DNA of 34,717 nt, from positions 182,920,389 through 182,955,105 of the forward strand of contig NC_068981.1 of NCBI RefSeq assembly GCF_001194135.2, written 5' to 3'. Position numbers and translations under genes: made by a program. This DNA comes from Octopus bimaculoides. Its lineage: Eukaryota. Below are positions 1-10,567 of this stretch, in pieces; position 1 is the first letter of the stretch, and every line of letters starts with the position of its first letter. A model generated the notes under the pieces. That model made no database searches. It was given only the letters and a program-made list of their open reading frames with translations, and was not told where the DNA came from.

Positions 1-539
1 ATGTTGAGTCAGTCTCAATAAGTATAGATTTATTGATCGGAGAAAGTTACATAGTGACTGAAGGTTCGAGAGTTTCGTGCAGAGACACTTATCAAACTAA
101 TTAAATCAACGTTTTCTATATAAAACGAAAAAGCAGGACAGTATCGGAAACAGATATGACGCAGATACTATTTTATATATAGGCAGGAAGACTTTTGATT
201 AATAATATGACAAAATTAAGGCAAGATAAAAAAGTGAAAGTTGTCAATATATAAGGCATTCTGCCTAAACTAAGTCTTTAAGATACGATTTGTTAGTAGT
301 AACGCTAAAAGGAAACTATTTCCTAAGGAACTCAAGCAGATAGAGAGGAATTAAGATTTAATGAAAAGGTGAATCAAGACTAAAGTTGGAGTTGAAAAAA
401 AAGGCACTTACCCAAGCACTGGTCAAGCAAATAATAGTATGGAATATTGAATGGTCATTTTGTATTGAAAGAATTTTGAAGGGGTTTTATTTTTAGACTG
501 GGGTCACGGTCGAATCCATTCAACCATGTTTTAAGTCTT

Positions 540-720
540 AAGCAACACCAATTACAAAGAACTTGGGAGTGGTACTAAAAGATGGAGAGAAGTATTGTCA
601 GACAGAAACTGGGTGGGAGCTGTCTTCAATAATTCAAGTAATGCTATACATTCAAAATTAACCATACATGCTGATTTTGTTGTTGTTATTGTCGCTGCTA
701 CTGTTGTTATTGTCACTTAC
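540..720 (+). mobile_element. Possible decayed 3' end of an RTE-like LINE
   Basis: 583-630 translates to WREVLSDRNWVGAVFN, resembling the W..A.DR..W C-terminal motif of RTE-clade ORFs. It is followed by a degenerate (TGT/TGC)n tail at about 678-716. Short match only. Confidence 0.3.
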
Positions 721-912
721 TTTTTTGTATTTTGACGCTACTTGCCTTCAGAAGTTAGTGGTCCTAAACTCCCTAGGGAATTTTATGCTAGCTTCATCAC
801 TTTTATTTATTTATATATTTATTTTTTTCTTTGTTTTGAAACGAGATCGAACTTAACCATTTTATACCGATAGATTTTAGACACTTTTTTTCTGCAACTG
901 GTAAGATTATGT

Positions 913-996
913 AGGGGGTGCAAATTTTGATCTTGCACCCCCTGAAAATTCTAGTGGGTGCGGGTGCACCCGCTGCACCCCCTATTCCAGGGCCCT
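913..996. repeat. GC-rich palindromic element, MITE-like terminus, unclassified
   Basis: Perfect 11-bp stem AGGGGGTGCAA (913-923) / TTGCACCCCCT (933-943) with a 9-nt loop, plus a perfect 14-bp palindrome GCGGGTGCACCCGC (960-973), ending in CCAGGGCCCT, all within AT-rich DNA. Confidence 0.45.
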
Positions 997-997
997 T

Positions 998-1141
998 GGA
1001 TGTATTAGTGTTTAACGCTCGGGAAGTGAGAAAGTCTTTTACGTTTCGAGCCTACGCTCTTCAACAGAAAGGAACACAGAAATAAGCAGAGAGAGAAAAA
1101 AGAAAAGGTTTAGTGTCTAGCGATCAATCAAGGCGAAATAT
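998..1141 (-). mobile_element. Hammerhead-bearing interspersed repeat family A (Penelope-like terminal repeat?), copy 1
   Basis: Clear homology to 24973-25105 (GGATGTATTAGT..TTAACG.TCGGGAA...TCTTT.ACGTTTCGAGC..TACGCTCTTCAACAGAAAG...AGCGATC.ATCA.GGCGA). It runs into an N-gap. Confidence 0.6.
1035..1072 (-). ncRNA. Minimal type I hammerhead ribozyme-like motif (CUGUUGA variant)
   Basis: Minus strand reads CCUUU-CUGUUGA-A-GAGC(GUAG)GCUC-GAAAC-GUA/AAAGA, giving stem I of 4 bp, stem II of 4 bp and a GUA cleavage triplet. Confidence 0.5.
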
Positions 1142-2321
1142 NNNNNNNNNNNNNNNNNNNNNNNNNNNNNNNNNNNNNNNNNNNNNNNNNNNNNNNNNNN
1201 NNNNNNNNNNNNNNNNNNNNNNNNNNNNNNNNNNNNNNNNNNNNNNNNNNNNNNNNNNNNNNNNNNNNNNNNNNNNNNNNNNNNNNNNNNNNNNNNNNNN
1301 NNNNNNNNNNNNNNNNNNNNNNNNNNNNNNNNNNNNNNNNNNNNNNNNNNNNNNNNNNNNNNNNNNNNNNNNNNNNNNNNNNNNNNNNNNNNNNNNNNNN
1401 NNNNNNNNNNNNNNNNNNNNNNNNNNNNNNNNNNNNNNNNNNNNNNNNNNNNNNNNNNNNNNNNNNNNNNNNNNNNNNNNNNNNNNNNNNNNNNNNNNNN
1501 NNNNNNNNNNNNNNNNNNNNNNNNNNNNNNNNNNNNNNNNNNNNNNNNNNNNNNNNNNNNNNNNNNNNNNNNNNNNNNNNNNNNNNNNNNNNATATATAT
1601 ATATATATAATTATGTATATAGATATCGGTATGTGTTAATATATACATATAGAGATGTGTGTGTGTGTCTGTAGGTGTATGTGCATGTGTGTGTGCGTAT
1701 GTACCTATGTGTGTACGCTAAAGCTGGGTTTATCTCTATTGTTCTTATTTCTCTTTTCTATATGATGAAAATACTAAACTATAAAATAGAATAGTTTTAA
1801 AAAAATGGAAGAAAAAATTATGATAAAAATAATTTACTAGCCAACCAACTACGTGTATTTTATGTCGAAGCTAAGTGAATTTATTGAAGCTCATTATTGT
1901 ATTGTCGAGAGCGTTGTAATTGTGTAGTAGCTGGCTACCTTATGTTAATCCAATATTCAAAGAACAAAGAAGACCAGAACGGCTATATAAATCAAATCAA
2001 ATATATATATGTGGGATACAAAGTTGACTAATGACTCTGCGTTTGATGAAGATATATGAAATAAACCATTAGTGGTGGAAAATTACATCATACAAATCAT
2101 TAAACACAAAATAAGCTCTGAAAAAAATCAAGGCAAACAATACGAAACAAATATATATTAAGTGACTGCTAATTAATTAAATGAATAAAGAAAATGTACT
2201 GTGATCCTTTATGACTATATAAACTTTCGGATGTTATGCAAATTTAGTCATTTTCTTTTTTAAAAAACAAAATGAAGAGAAAAAACAACCAAAAGTGATG
2301 TTAATATAATAGATCTTCTAA

Positions 2322-2556
2322 GGCGGCGAGCTGACAGAAATGTTAGCACGCCGGGCGAAGTGCTTACCGGTACTACGTCTGTCTTTACGTTCTGAGTTCA
2401 AATTCCGCCGAGGTCGACTTTGCCTTTCATCCTTTCGGGGTCGATAAATTAAGTACCAGTTACGCACTGGAGTCGATATAATCGACTTAATCCGTTTGTC
2501 TGCCCTTGTTTGTCCCCTCTGTGTGTAGTCCCCTTGTGGGCAATAAAGAAATAAGA
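2322..2556 (+). mobile_element. tRNA-derived SINE family 1 (Meta-domain-like core), full copy
   Basis: GGCGGCGAGCTGACAGAAATGTTAG head, B-box-like GAGTTCAAATTCC, core GTCGACTTTGCCTTTCATCCTTTCGGGGTCGATAAATTAAGTACCAG and an A-rich tail. More than 10 homologous copies occur in the window. The Meta-domain assignment is from recall. Confidence 0.85.
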
Positions 2557-2737
2557 AACATTAACACGCCGGGCGAAGTGCTTAGCGGTGTTTCTAAGTT
2601 CAAATTCCACCGAAGTCGACTTTGCCTTTTATCCTTTCGAGGTCGATAAATTATGCACCAGTTGCGTACTTGGGTAGGTCTAATCTACTGGTCCTCTTCC
2701 CCACAAAATTTCGGGCCTTGTGCGTAGAATAGAAAAG
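2557..2737 (+). mobile_element. SINE family 1, second unit with alternative 3' tail
   Basis: Same head remnant and core, with tail CCCCACAAAATTTCGGGCCTTGTGCGTAGAATAGAAAAG. Confidence 0.8.
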
Positions 2738-2756
2738 AATATAATAGATCTTCTTA

Positions 2757-2910
2757 AGATGGCATGTTAGTAGACTCGTTAGCACACTGTTTAAATTCCG
2801 CCGAGGTCGACTTTTCCTATTATCCTTTCGGGGTCGATAAAATAAGTACCAATCGAGCACTCGGGTCGTTGTAGTTGACTAACCCCGTCCCATGCGCCAA
2901 AATTTGAATT
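2757..2910 (+). mobile_element. SINE family 1, degenerate internally deleted copy
   Basis: Core AAATTCCGCCGAGGTCGACTTTTCCTATTATCCTTTCGGGGTCGATAAAATAAGTACC and tail CCAAAATTTGAA. Confidence 0.75.
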
Positions 2911-2931
2911 CAGTATAACAGAGCTTCTTAA

Positions 2932-3131
2932 GGCGGCGTGCCGACAGAATCGTTAGTATGCGGGGCAAAATGCTTTGCGGCATTTCGTCCGTCTCCACGT
3001 TCTGAGTTGAAATTCCTCTGAGGTCGACTCTGCCTTTCATCCTTTCGGAGTCGATAAGATAATTAGAAGTTGAGCACTGGGGTTGATGAATTCCCACTGC
3101 TCATGCTGGCCTTGTGACTAAATTTGAAATC
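2932..3131 (+). mobile_element. SINE family 1 copy
   Basis: GGCGGCG head, core GAGGTCGACTCTGCCTTTCATCCTTTCGGAGTCGATAAG and tail AAATTTGAAATC. Confidence 0.8.
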
Positions 3132-3184
3132 AATATAATAGGTTTTTTTTTAACTGGAAGGAGAATTTTAATCGACGTTGTTAA

Positions 3185-3415
3185 GATTTGAACTTAGAAC
3201 GTAAAATCATGCAGCTAAATGCAAATACGAAGTTATCCGACATTCTGATAATCCATTGCACTAAGTTTTGGTCCGTAACATTTTGTTTACGCTTGCTAGC
3301 TTAAATATTTGTTTCAAATTTAGTCACATGGCCAGCAATTTCGAGGGAGGGAAGTCGATTAAATCAACACCGATGCTCAACTGGTATTTATTCTATCAAC
3401 CCCGAAAGGATGACA
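3185..3415 (-). mobile_element. SINE family 1, fragmented reverse copy
   Basis: Reverse-complement core AACTGGTATTTATTCTATCAACCCCGAAAGGATGA (about 3379-3413) and B-box fragment ATTTGAACTTAGAACGTA (about 3186-3203). Confidence 0.6.
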
Positions 3416-3625
3416 AGCATACAGAAGAATATATTAAACCTTTACAAAACTTTAAAAAAACTTTATAAGAGGTGTTGAAAGTGTCGTCCTTCATTTTCAA
3501 TACATAAGTTGACTCTTCTACACATGTTTTGAAATACATCTTGGTGAGTCTGGCTCTTGGAGAGTCGGGACGAAAAAAATTAACTATGGAGAGACTTTTT
3601 GAACATAGACCAAATCAGCGGTGTG

Positions 3626-3660
3626 CTTTGTGAATTAATTTGGTGGACCGAAACTGTATG

Positions 3661-3701
<41 letters not shown>

Positions 3702-3910
3702 GTCTGTGTTTGTCTCCACTTACCTCTTGACAACTTGGATTGTTTACATCCCCGTAACTTATCGGCTCAGTAAAGAGAACGATGGAAGTACTAAGTCAAT
3801 CACAGTACATAAAAATAATCACCGGGGTTGACTTTTTCGGCCAAACCCTTCAAGTCGGTGCCCCAACTTGAACGCAGGTTAATGACTGAAGCAAGTAAAC
3901 GATAAAAGAA
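3626..3910 (+). mobile_element. SINE family 2 (CORE-like, internal TG microsatellite), 5'-truncated
   Basis: TTGTGAA..TTTGGTGGACCGAAACTG-(TG)n-TGTGTTTGTCTCC..TTGACAAC..CCCCGTAACTTA..GGTGCCCCA..ATGACTGAAGCAAGTAAA. Homologous to the reverse copies at 9465-9750 and 29418-29637. Confidence 0.7.
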
Positions 3911-5107
3911 AGCTAGCCAGCCATAAAAAAAGAGACAATTACGGCTGAATTGATGGAATCAAACGCAAAAGAGACACGGGGAATTGTAGAGCTATGACTC
4001 AGATAATTCTTTAAAATGCTAGAAACCTTGGCTTTGCGGTAGTTAATAACTCTATTCTATCTTTCCTAGTTGGCACAGGTGACGTTACACAATGAAATCT
4101 TTTCACGATGTACATGGCTGTATTTTAAATTAATGAAACGAAGCTTCTATAATAATTGATTCGTAACTTAGAAATACAAAGCGACAATCTCTTCTCGCTT
4201 GACTATCTTTATTGTCATTTAACTTGACTAGATTTGCTACTACTTGTATTCATTTCTTCATTTCTTCTTGCTTTAGTACAAAGCTGCCAATTTAAAGTTG
4301 AGAGGTATGAGATTGTGGGGCTTTCATCTCTTTCTGAGTGGTATTGATATTATTATAATAGTGAAATAAAATTCAGTTCAACATTATTTTCAATCGCTGG
4401 AGCACCATTTGTAACCTTCATCTTCATGCNNNNNNNNNNNNNNNNNNNNNNNNNNNNNNNNNNNNNNNNNNNNNNNNNNNNNNNNNNNNNNNNNNNNNNN
4501 NNNNNNNNNNNNNNNNNNNNNNNNNNNNNNNNNNNNNNNNNNNNNNNNNNNNNNNNNNNNNNNNNNNNNNNNNNNNNNNNNNNNNNNNNNNNNNNNNNNN
4601 NNNNNNNNNNNNNNNNNNNNNNNNNNNNNNNNNNNNNNNNNNNNNNNNNNNNNNNNNNNNNNNNNNNNNNNNNNNNNNNNNNNNNNNNNNNNNNNNNNNN
4701 NNNNNNNNNNNNNNNNNNNNNNNNNNNNNNNNNNNNNNNNNNNNNNNNNNNNNNNNNNNNNNNNNNNNNNNNNNNNNNNNNNNNNNNNNNNNNNNNNNNN
4801 NNNNNNNNNNNNNNNNNNNNNNNNNNNNNNNNNNNNNNNNNNNNNNNNNNNNNNNNNNNNNNNNNNNNNNNNNNNNNNNNNNNNNNNNNNNNNNNNNNNN
4901 NNNNNNNNNNNNNNNNNNNNNNNNNNNNNNNNNNNNNNNNNNNNNNNNNNNNNNNNNNNNNNNNNNNNNNNNNNNNNNNNNNNNNNNNNNNNNNNNNNNN
5001 NNNNNNNNNNNNNNNNNNNNNNNNNNNNNNNNNNNNNNNNNNNNNNNNNNNNNNNNNNNNNNNNNNNNNNNNNNNNNNNNNNNNNNNNNNNNNNNNNNNN
5101 NNNNNNN

Positions 5108-5148
<41 letters not shown>

Positions 5149-5368
5149 CATACACACACACACATATATACATATTTACATATATGTACATATATATTTT
5201 ATACGACGGGCTTTTTCCAGTTTCCGTCTACCAAATCCGCTCACAAGGCTTTGGTCAACCTGAAGCTATAGTAGAAGACACTTGCCCAAGGTGCCACACA
5301 GTGGGGACTGAATCTGGAACCATGTGGTTGGGAAGCAAACTTCTTACCACACAGACACGGCTGCGCCT
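5108..5368 (-). mobile_element. SINE family 2, 5' half with tRNA-related head
   Basis: Closely similar to 29474-29637. Minus strand begins AGGCGCAGCCGTGTCTGTGTGGTAAG and has CORE-like CCTTGGGCAAGTGTCTT. Its internal (CA/TA)n runs into the N-gap. Confidence 0.8.
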
Positions 5369-5484
5369 ACATATATATATATATATATAATTATTATCCA
5401 TATAAAGAATAAAATATCTTGTAATTCATTATAAGGTTTTATGTTACCAACACAATATTGAGAGGTGGGAGAGGGATGTCAGAA

Positions 5485-6368
5485 CATCAAAGCTGGTTGA
5501 GAAGTTTCTAGATGAGGACAGTCGTGTGTCTATAATGGCAGTAAGCGTACAGTTTGGAGTTGGTGTGGCAACTGAACACAGAATTATTCAGAAATATCTG
5601 AACACGCGCAAAATTAGTGCAAAGTTTTCTCAGTTATGAACAGAGCGAAAGTCACGTTGTTGACAGCGGGAAGATGGTTGAGTTCATTAGTTGCATTCCA
5701 AGAGTACTTGAGTCTTTGGTGACTTATGACGATAGCTGGATCTACTGTTATGGTCCAGAAACCAAGAAACAAAATGTCCAACGGAAGCATCCTGGTTCCC
5801 CCAGACCCAAGAAGGCCAGGCAGAACAAGCCCACCAGGAAGCTCCTGATGATCCCAGTTTTTGACTGCAAAGGAATCAGCTACATCCACTGGGTCCCCTC
5901 TCACTAGCTGATCAGCAAAGGGCATTTTGTGGATGTCTTGAGAAAGTTAAGAAAGTCATTTCGTCGAAAAAGACAAGAGCTCTTCCACTCGGGTCGGTGG
6001 CACCTGTTATAGGACAATGCACCAGACCACAATTCTGTTTTCGTAACCAAATACTTAACATAGATGGGCATCAAACCTGTCTCTCACCCTCCATACAGTA
6101 CAAATCTTGCTCCCTGTGACTTTTGGTTGGTCTCCAGCCTGAAGGAGACCCTCAGGAGCAGTCGTTTTAAAGACATTGAGAGGGTCCTGGACAAGGGTCC
6201 TGAACACCTTCGCTTCGGAAGACTTTCATAGAGCCTTCACAAAGTGGCTGGAGCGCTACAAGTGCACTGGAGTCAGAGGATTCTACTTTGGAAGAGATTA
6301 GAGTATTGTATTTCTTGGAAATTAATGACATACCTGAGAAAGTCTCAAAACTTCTGGAATAGACCCTG
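5485..6368 (+). pseudogene. Mariner (DD34D) transposase remnant with right TIR and TA target; 5' end missing
   Basis: HTH region EDSRVS...HRIIQKYLNTRKISAKF, followed by D1 in VTYDDSW (5728), D2 in *DNAPDH (6013) and D3 in HPPYSTNLAPCD (6118), with exactly 34 residues between D2 and D3. In-frame stops and frameshifts are present. It ends ...GGAATAGACCCTG|TA. Confidence 0.92.
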
Positions 6369-7640
6369 TATACAAGAAAGCAATAATATATGCTGCTTAG
6401 AATTTCTATTTACATCGAGATAGATTGTTCCAGAAATTGTGTGAGTTTACCCTTTCAACCTGGCCAGTTGCAACTTTTACAATAGTCAGCTACTATTTTG
6501 TTCCAACATGATTTATTTAGAATTTTCTGGAGGTGAAAATAAAAACAGAACACTAATTACAATTACAGCAGAAAATGTTTTATTTATACGAGCATTTTAT
6601 AGATATCATGTGATACCTTGCCATCCATCATACCATCTTAGATACAAAGAGAAAGTTTTAACGTTGATTTCCAAGATATTGTACATAATAGTAGACGCGT
6701 CATTGCTTGCTTCTAACTTAATAAACACAAAACATAATTTTCACACTTCCTTTATCTTCAAGTGAATGTATAATCTACTTCTCTTCTTCGTCCTTTTCTA
6801 CATGTTCTTCATCCTGAATTATTGTCACTATCCTTTTAAACATTAACGCTAAACGTGTCAGTATATTTAGATAAATAGTTTTGAGTAGTTGCTAATTTGT
6901 AAAACTTAATTAACACGGAAGAAAATGTGACACAAGATGCACATAGCTAGAGCTTATCGTATAGACGACGTTTCAGATCTGAAGATTTCTGACAAATTTT
7001 AAAATTATTTATCGGTAAATTAAGGAAGCACGCAAACGACACAAAGTGACACAAACGACCAATAATAATATGACACTACTTTCTGCTAGTGTTGTTCATT
7101 AAATGATGGGAAATTAACTAGTTTCCATCTTGGAGTAAACTTGCTTGTGATAACTTTAAAAGGATTTCTTTTATAGGAATAAACAGAACTTATTTTTGGC
7201 ATGAGAACTTCGATATCCGATCCATTGTCAACGACTATGACTGACTTTATAAATCTAATTTCTCCAGAGAGAATGATTACCGGTTTGCTAGTACCACTTC
7301 TCGGAGGAGAACTTTCTAGGTGAAATACAATGGTCATTCCTGACCAAAGGGGGTCTTTACCCTTTACCTTTACCAAAGGGAGTCTTTACCCTTTACCTGA
7401 TGAGAAAGTAAATGTTTTGACAACAAAGAATGGACGATCACAATTGTAGTTAAAGCTGAATGTTCATAAGCGTCCAATCGGACTCTGAAACGCTGTGTAT
7501 TGTTGCTTTGATAAAAACTGACGAGAACTACTTAACTACGTCAGAAATAACAACTGAATAATACCGAGTCTTCCATGGAATTAAAATATGTATCAGAGAG
7601 GCGGTAAAAACAGAAACATTTGTGAATGTTTTCTTGGTGC

Positions 7641-7945
7641 CTGGCAGAAACGTTACTAAGGCGGCGAGCTAGCAGAAACATTAAAAAGGCGGCGTTGTTG
7701 GCAGAAACATTAAAAAGGCGGCGAGCTGGCAGAAACGTTAGCACGCCGGGCGAAATGCTTAGTGGTATTTCGTCAGCCGTTACGTTCTGAGTTCAAATTC
7801 TGCCGAGGTCGACTTTGCCTTTCATCCTTTCAGAGTCGATTAAATAAGTACCAGTTATGCACTGGTATCGATGTAATTGACTCAATCCCTTTGTCTGTCC
7901 TTGTTTGTTCCCTCTATGTTTAACCCCCTGCGGGCAATAAAGAAA
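7641..7945 (+). mobile_element. SINE family 1 full copy with tandemly reiterated 5' head
   Basis: Units of about 28 bp (AAGGCGGCGAGCTGGCAGAAACATTA) at 7658, 7686 and 7715 plus a partial unit at 7641, followed by a complete body matching 2322-2556. Confidence 0.88.
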
Positions 7946-8007
7946 AGAGCACTAAAGAAAAAACATCAGCGCCAAGAATCAGATGGCAAGACTTTCTAAG
8001 CTATTAG

Positions 8008-8219
8008 TTTCAAATTTTGGCAGAAGGCCAACAGTTTTATGGGAGGGTTAAGTCGATTACACCGCCCCCAGCGTTCAACTGGTACTTATTTTATCGACCC
8101 CGAAAGGATGAAAGGCAAAATCGACCTTGGTGGAATTTGAAATGAGAACGTAAAAACGGACGAAATGCCTCTAAGCAGTCTGTCCGGCGTGCTGACGATT
8201 CTCCCAGGTCGCTACCTTA
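8008..8219 (-). mobile_element. SINE family 1 reverse copy
   Basis: Reverse-complement core AACTGGTACTTATTTTATCGACCCCGAAAGGATGAAAGGCAAAATCGACC, with the head ending GGTCGCTACCTT. Confidence 0.85.
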
Positions 8220-8261
8220 AAACTGTCCGAGATATTGCAACACAAGCAGAAAAGTAGCAAC

Positions 8262-8272
8262 AACATTATCAA

Positions 8273-8305
<33 letters not shown>

Positions 8306-8325
8306 TAGCAGCAGCAACAACAACC
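8262..8325. repeat. (CAA/CAG)n microsatellite
   Basis: Directly visible CAACAACAACAGCAGCAG...CAACAACAAC. Confidence 0.85.
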
Positions 8326-8907
8326 AAAACGGCAGTTATGATAACAACGACCTGAAGTAGACCTAGTGGAGAAGAGGAATGTTATCGATGAGGTCGCGAA
8401 TTGATCGAACGATTGAGTGACCGGTTGATGAAACAGTGTATTACTTATGGCTAGTTAACTGACTAATGATAATAAAAGAATGTGAAATAGAACCAGTGTG
8501 TGTGTTGATTATTGGCATAATGACTCGACCGAGATGTAACAAAATCCGTTTCAACACGCGAATTCACTGTAACATTTTTGCAAACCAAATACAAAACGAA
8601 ATAATTCAAAATAATTGGTATTCGTGGTTTATTAATTTTTTGTAAATGTTCTAAATTTTTTAGACTCATAACAAATGATAAACTTTACCTAAAAATGTTA
8701 AATAAAATATATAAAAATAAGTGAAGAAAATACGTTTAAAATTAAGGAAGCACGCAAAAAAATATCTAGGCTCATAATCTAAAGAAGGATTTTTATGGAA
8801 AAATGAACCTTTATGGAAATATACTTATTTTGTGGGGTCCTTATTTAAATTTTTGATTTAAGATAAGAATTAGAAGTTTGAAATGCTTACCGGAAAATAG
8901 TACTATA

Positions 8908-9456
8908 CAGGGTGTCCCAAAAAGATGTACTCACTCTTTGACAAACAATTACTAATGTATTGTTTTTTGTGATGTACGGGCTTACCTCGATGCAACAAAT
9001 CCATACAAATGGATTGGGAGGAGAGGTAGCGTTGAATTTCCTGCACGTTCCCCAGACCTCACGCCAATGGATTTTTTTTTATGGAGACATCTCAAAGATG
9101 AGGTTTACACTGCAAAACCAGTGACAATTGATGACTTTTGAAAAATGAAATTCGAATACGATGTCTTGCAATTCCAAATGAAATGTTTGGCAATGTTGTC
9201 GAATCCATTGTTGGACGTTATCAGCTTTGTTTGGAAAATGAAGGAAGGCAGTCTGAACATTTGCGAACACGCAGGAATGAGAAAGAACATTAAATAATTC
9301 TAAATGACAATAAATAATCATTTCTACAACAATTCATTTTCCTGAATTTAATTTAACTTTTTAGGATTATATGTATATCAATAAACATCTACTTGAACAC
9401 AAAATGCATGAGTACTGGGAGGTCAAAGAGTGAGTACATCTTTTTGGGACACCCTG
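8908..9456 (+). mobile_element. Internally deleted Tc1/mariner element (rosa/DD41D-like C-terminus) with perfect 35-bp TIRs and TA TSD
   Basis: TA|CAGGGTGTCCCAAAAAGATGTACTCACTCTTTGAC (8908-8942) and its exact reverse complement (9422-9456)|TA. 8971-9293 encodes VRAYLD...WIGRRGSVEFPARSPDLTPMDFFLWRHLKDEVY...CLENEGRQSEHL with one frameshift. Confidence 0.93.
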
Positions 9457-9464
9457 TATATTTG

Positions 9465-9685
9465 TTTTTATCTTTTCCTTGTTTCAGTCATTAGACATCG
9501 ACCATACTGGGGCACCACCCTGAAGAATTTTAGTCGAATGAATAAGCCCCGGTTCTTACTTTTTTAACCAATCAAATCCTTTTGCCGAACCACTATGTTA
9601 CGGGGACGTAAACATACCAACACTGGTTGTCAAGCGGCGTGGGGGGACAATCACAGACAGAAACGCATACATATACATACATACA

Positions 9686-9717
<32 letters not shown>

Positions 9718-9750
9718 CATATATATGCATACATATATATATATATATAT
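9465..9750 (-). mobile_element. SINE family 2, 3' half (reverse), internal microsatellite running into a gap
   Basis: Reverse complement of the 3700-3910 tail (TTTCAGTCATT..GGGGCACC..TTACGGGGACGTAAACA..TTGTCAAGCG..GGGGGACAA) followed by (TACA)n. Confidence 0.78.
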
Positions 9751-10449
9751 NNNNNNNNNNNNNNNNNNNNNNNNNNNNNNNNNNNNNNNNNNNNNNNNNN
9801 NNNNNNNNNNNNNNNNNNNNNNNNNNNNNNNNNNNNNNNNNNNNNNNNNNNNNNNNNNNNNNNNNNNNNNNNNNNNNNNNNNNNNNNNNNNNNNNNNNNN
9901 NNNNNNNNNNNNNNNNNNNNNNNNNNNNNNNNNNNNNNNNNNNNNNNNNNNNNNNNNNNNNNNNNNNNNNNNNNNNNNNNNNNNNNNNNNNNNNNNNNNN
10001 NNNNNNNNNNNNNNNNNNNNNNNNNNNNNNNNNNNNNNNNNNNNNNNNNNNNNNNNNNNNNNNNNNNNNNNNNNNNNNNNNNNNNNNNNNNNNNNNNNNN
10101 NNNNNNNNNNNNNNNNNNNNNNNNNNNNNNNNNNNNNNNNNNNNNTAACTGGCCACCGAGGTACCACATGTGTTTGAAACTTTAAAAGAAATATTAAGAA
10201 GAAAAATTAAATCTAAGAAAGTGATTTCTTATCATGGCCACCGGCGCGTGGTAGTGGGAGAAGGGGAATTTGTATTCAGATGGAGATTTAGCGAGATTGG
10301 TTACAACAGAACGAACTGTGCCAAAGGAACCCAAGAACCTTAAGCTATGAAAACGTAAATCAGGAAAGTGGCTTAAAGCTATTAGCCAACAACAAGAAAG
10401 AATCCTTCGACCGACTTCCACACGATTTCCCGTTATCAACCTCCAGTCC

Positions 10450-10567
10450 CGAGCTTTTGGTCAGTTAGAGTTTATGGCAGAAGGAGACGCGTCTTCAAAG
10501 TTCCCGCGCATCGAGATCGAAACCGAAACGACACATAGGTGGAGCATATTTCTTCATCACCCAGCTA
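10450..10567 (-). mobile_element. Highly degenerate SINE family 2-like head fragment
   Basis: Weak colinear similarity to 29518-29625 (GCTTTTGGTCAG..GCAGAAG..GAAACCGAAAC..CATCACCCAGC). Confidence 0.3.

Noticed and set aside
6962-6990. GAAACGUC on the minus strand, and CTGATGA/CTGACGA at about 7397 and 7519
   Set aside because: These are isolated half-cores without the partner motif or stems.
7641-7740. CRISPR-like array of roughly 28-bp repeats
   Set aside because: There are no unique spacers, the units are SINE heads, the context is eukaryotic and there are no cas genes.
8262-8325. Polyglutamine-coding exon
   Set aside because: There is no surrounding open frame or splice context that I can support; a simple CAG/CAA microsatellite explains it.
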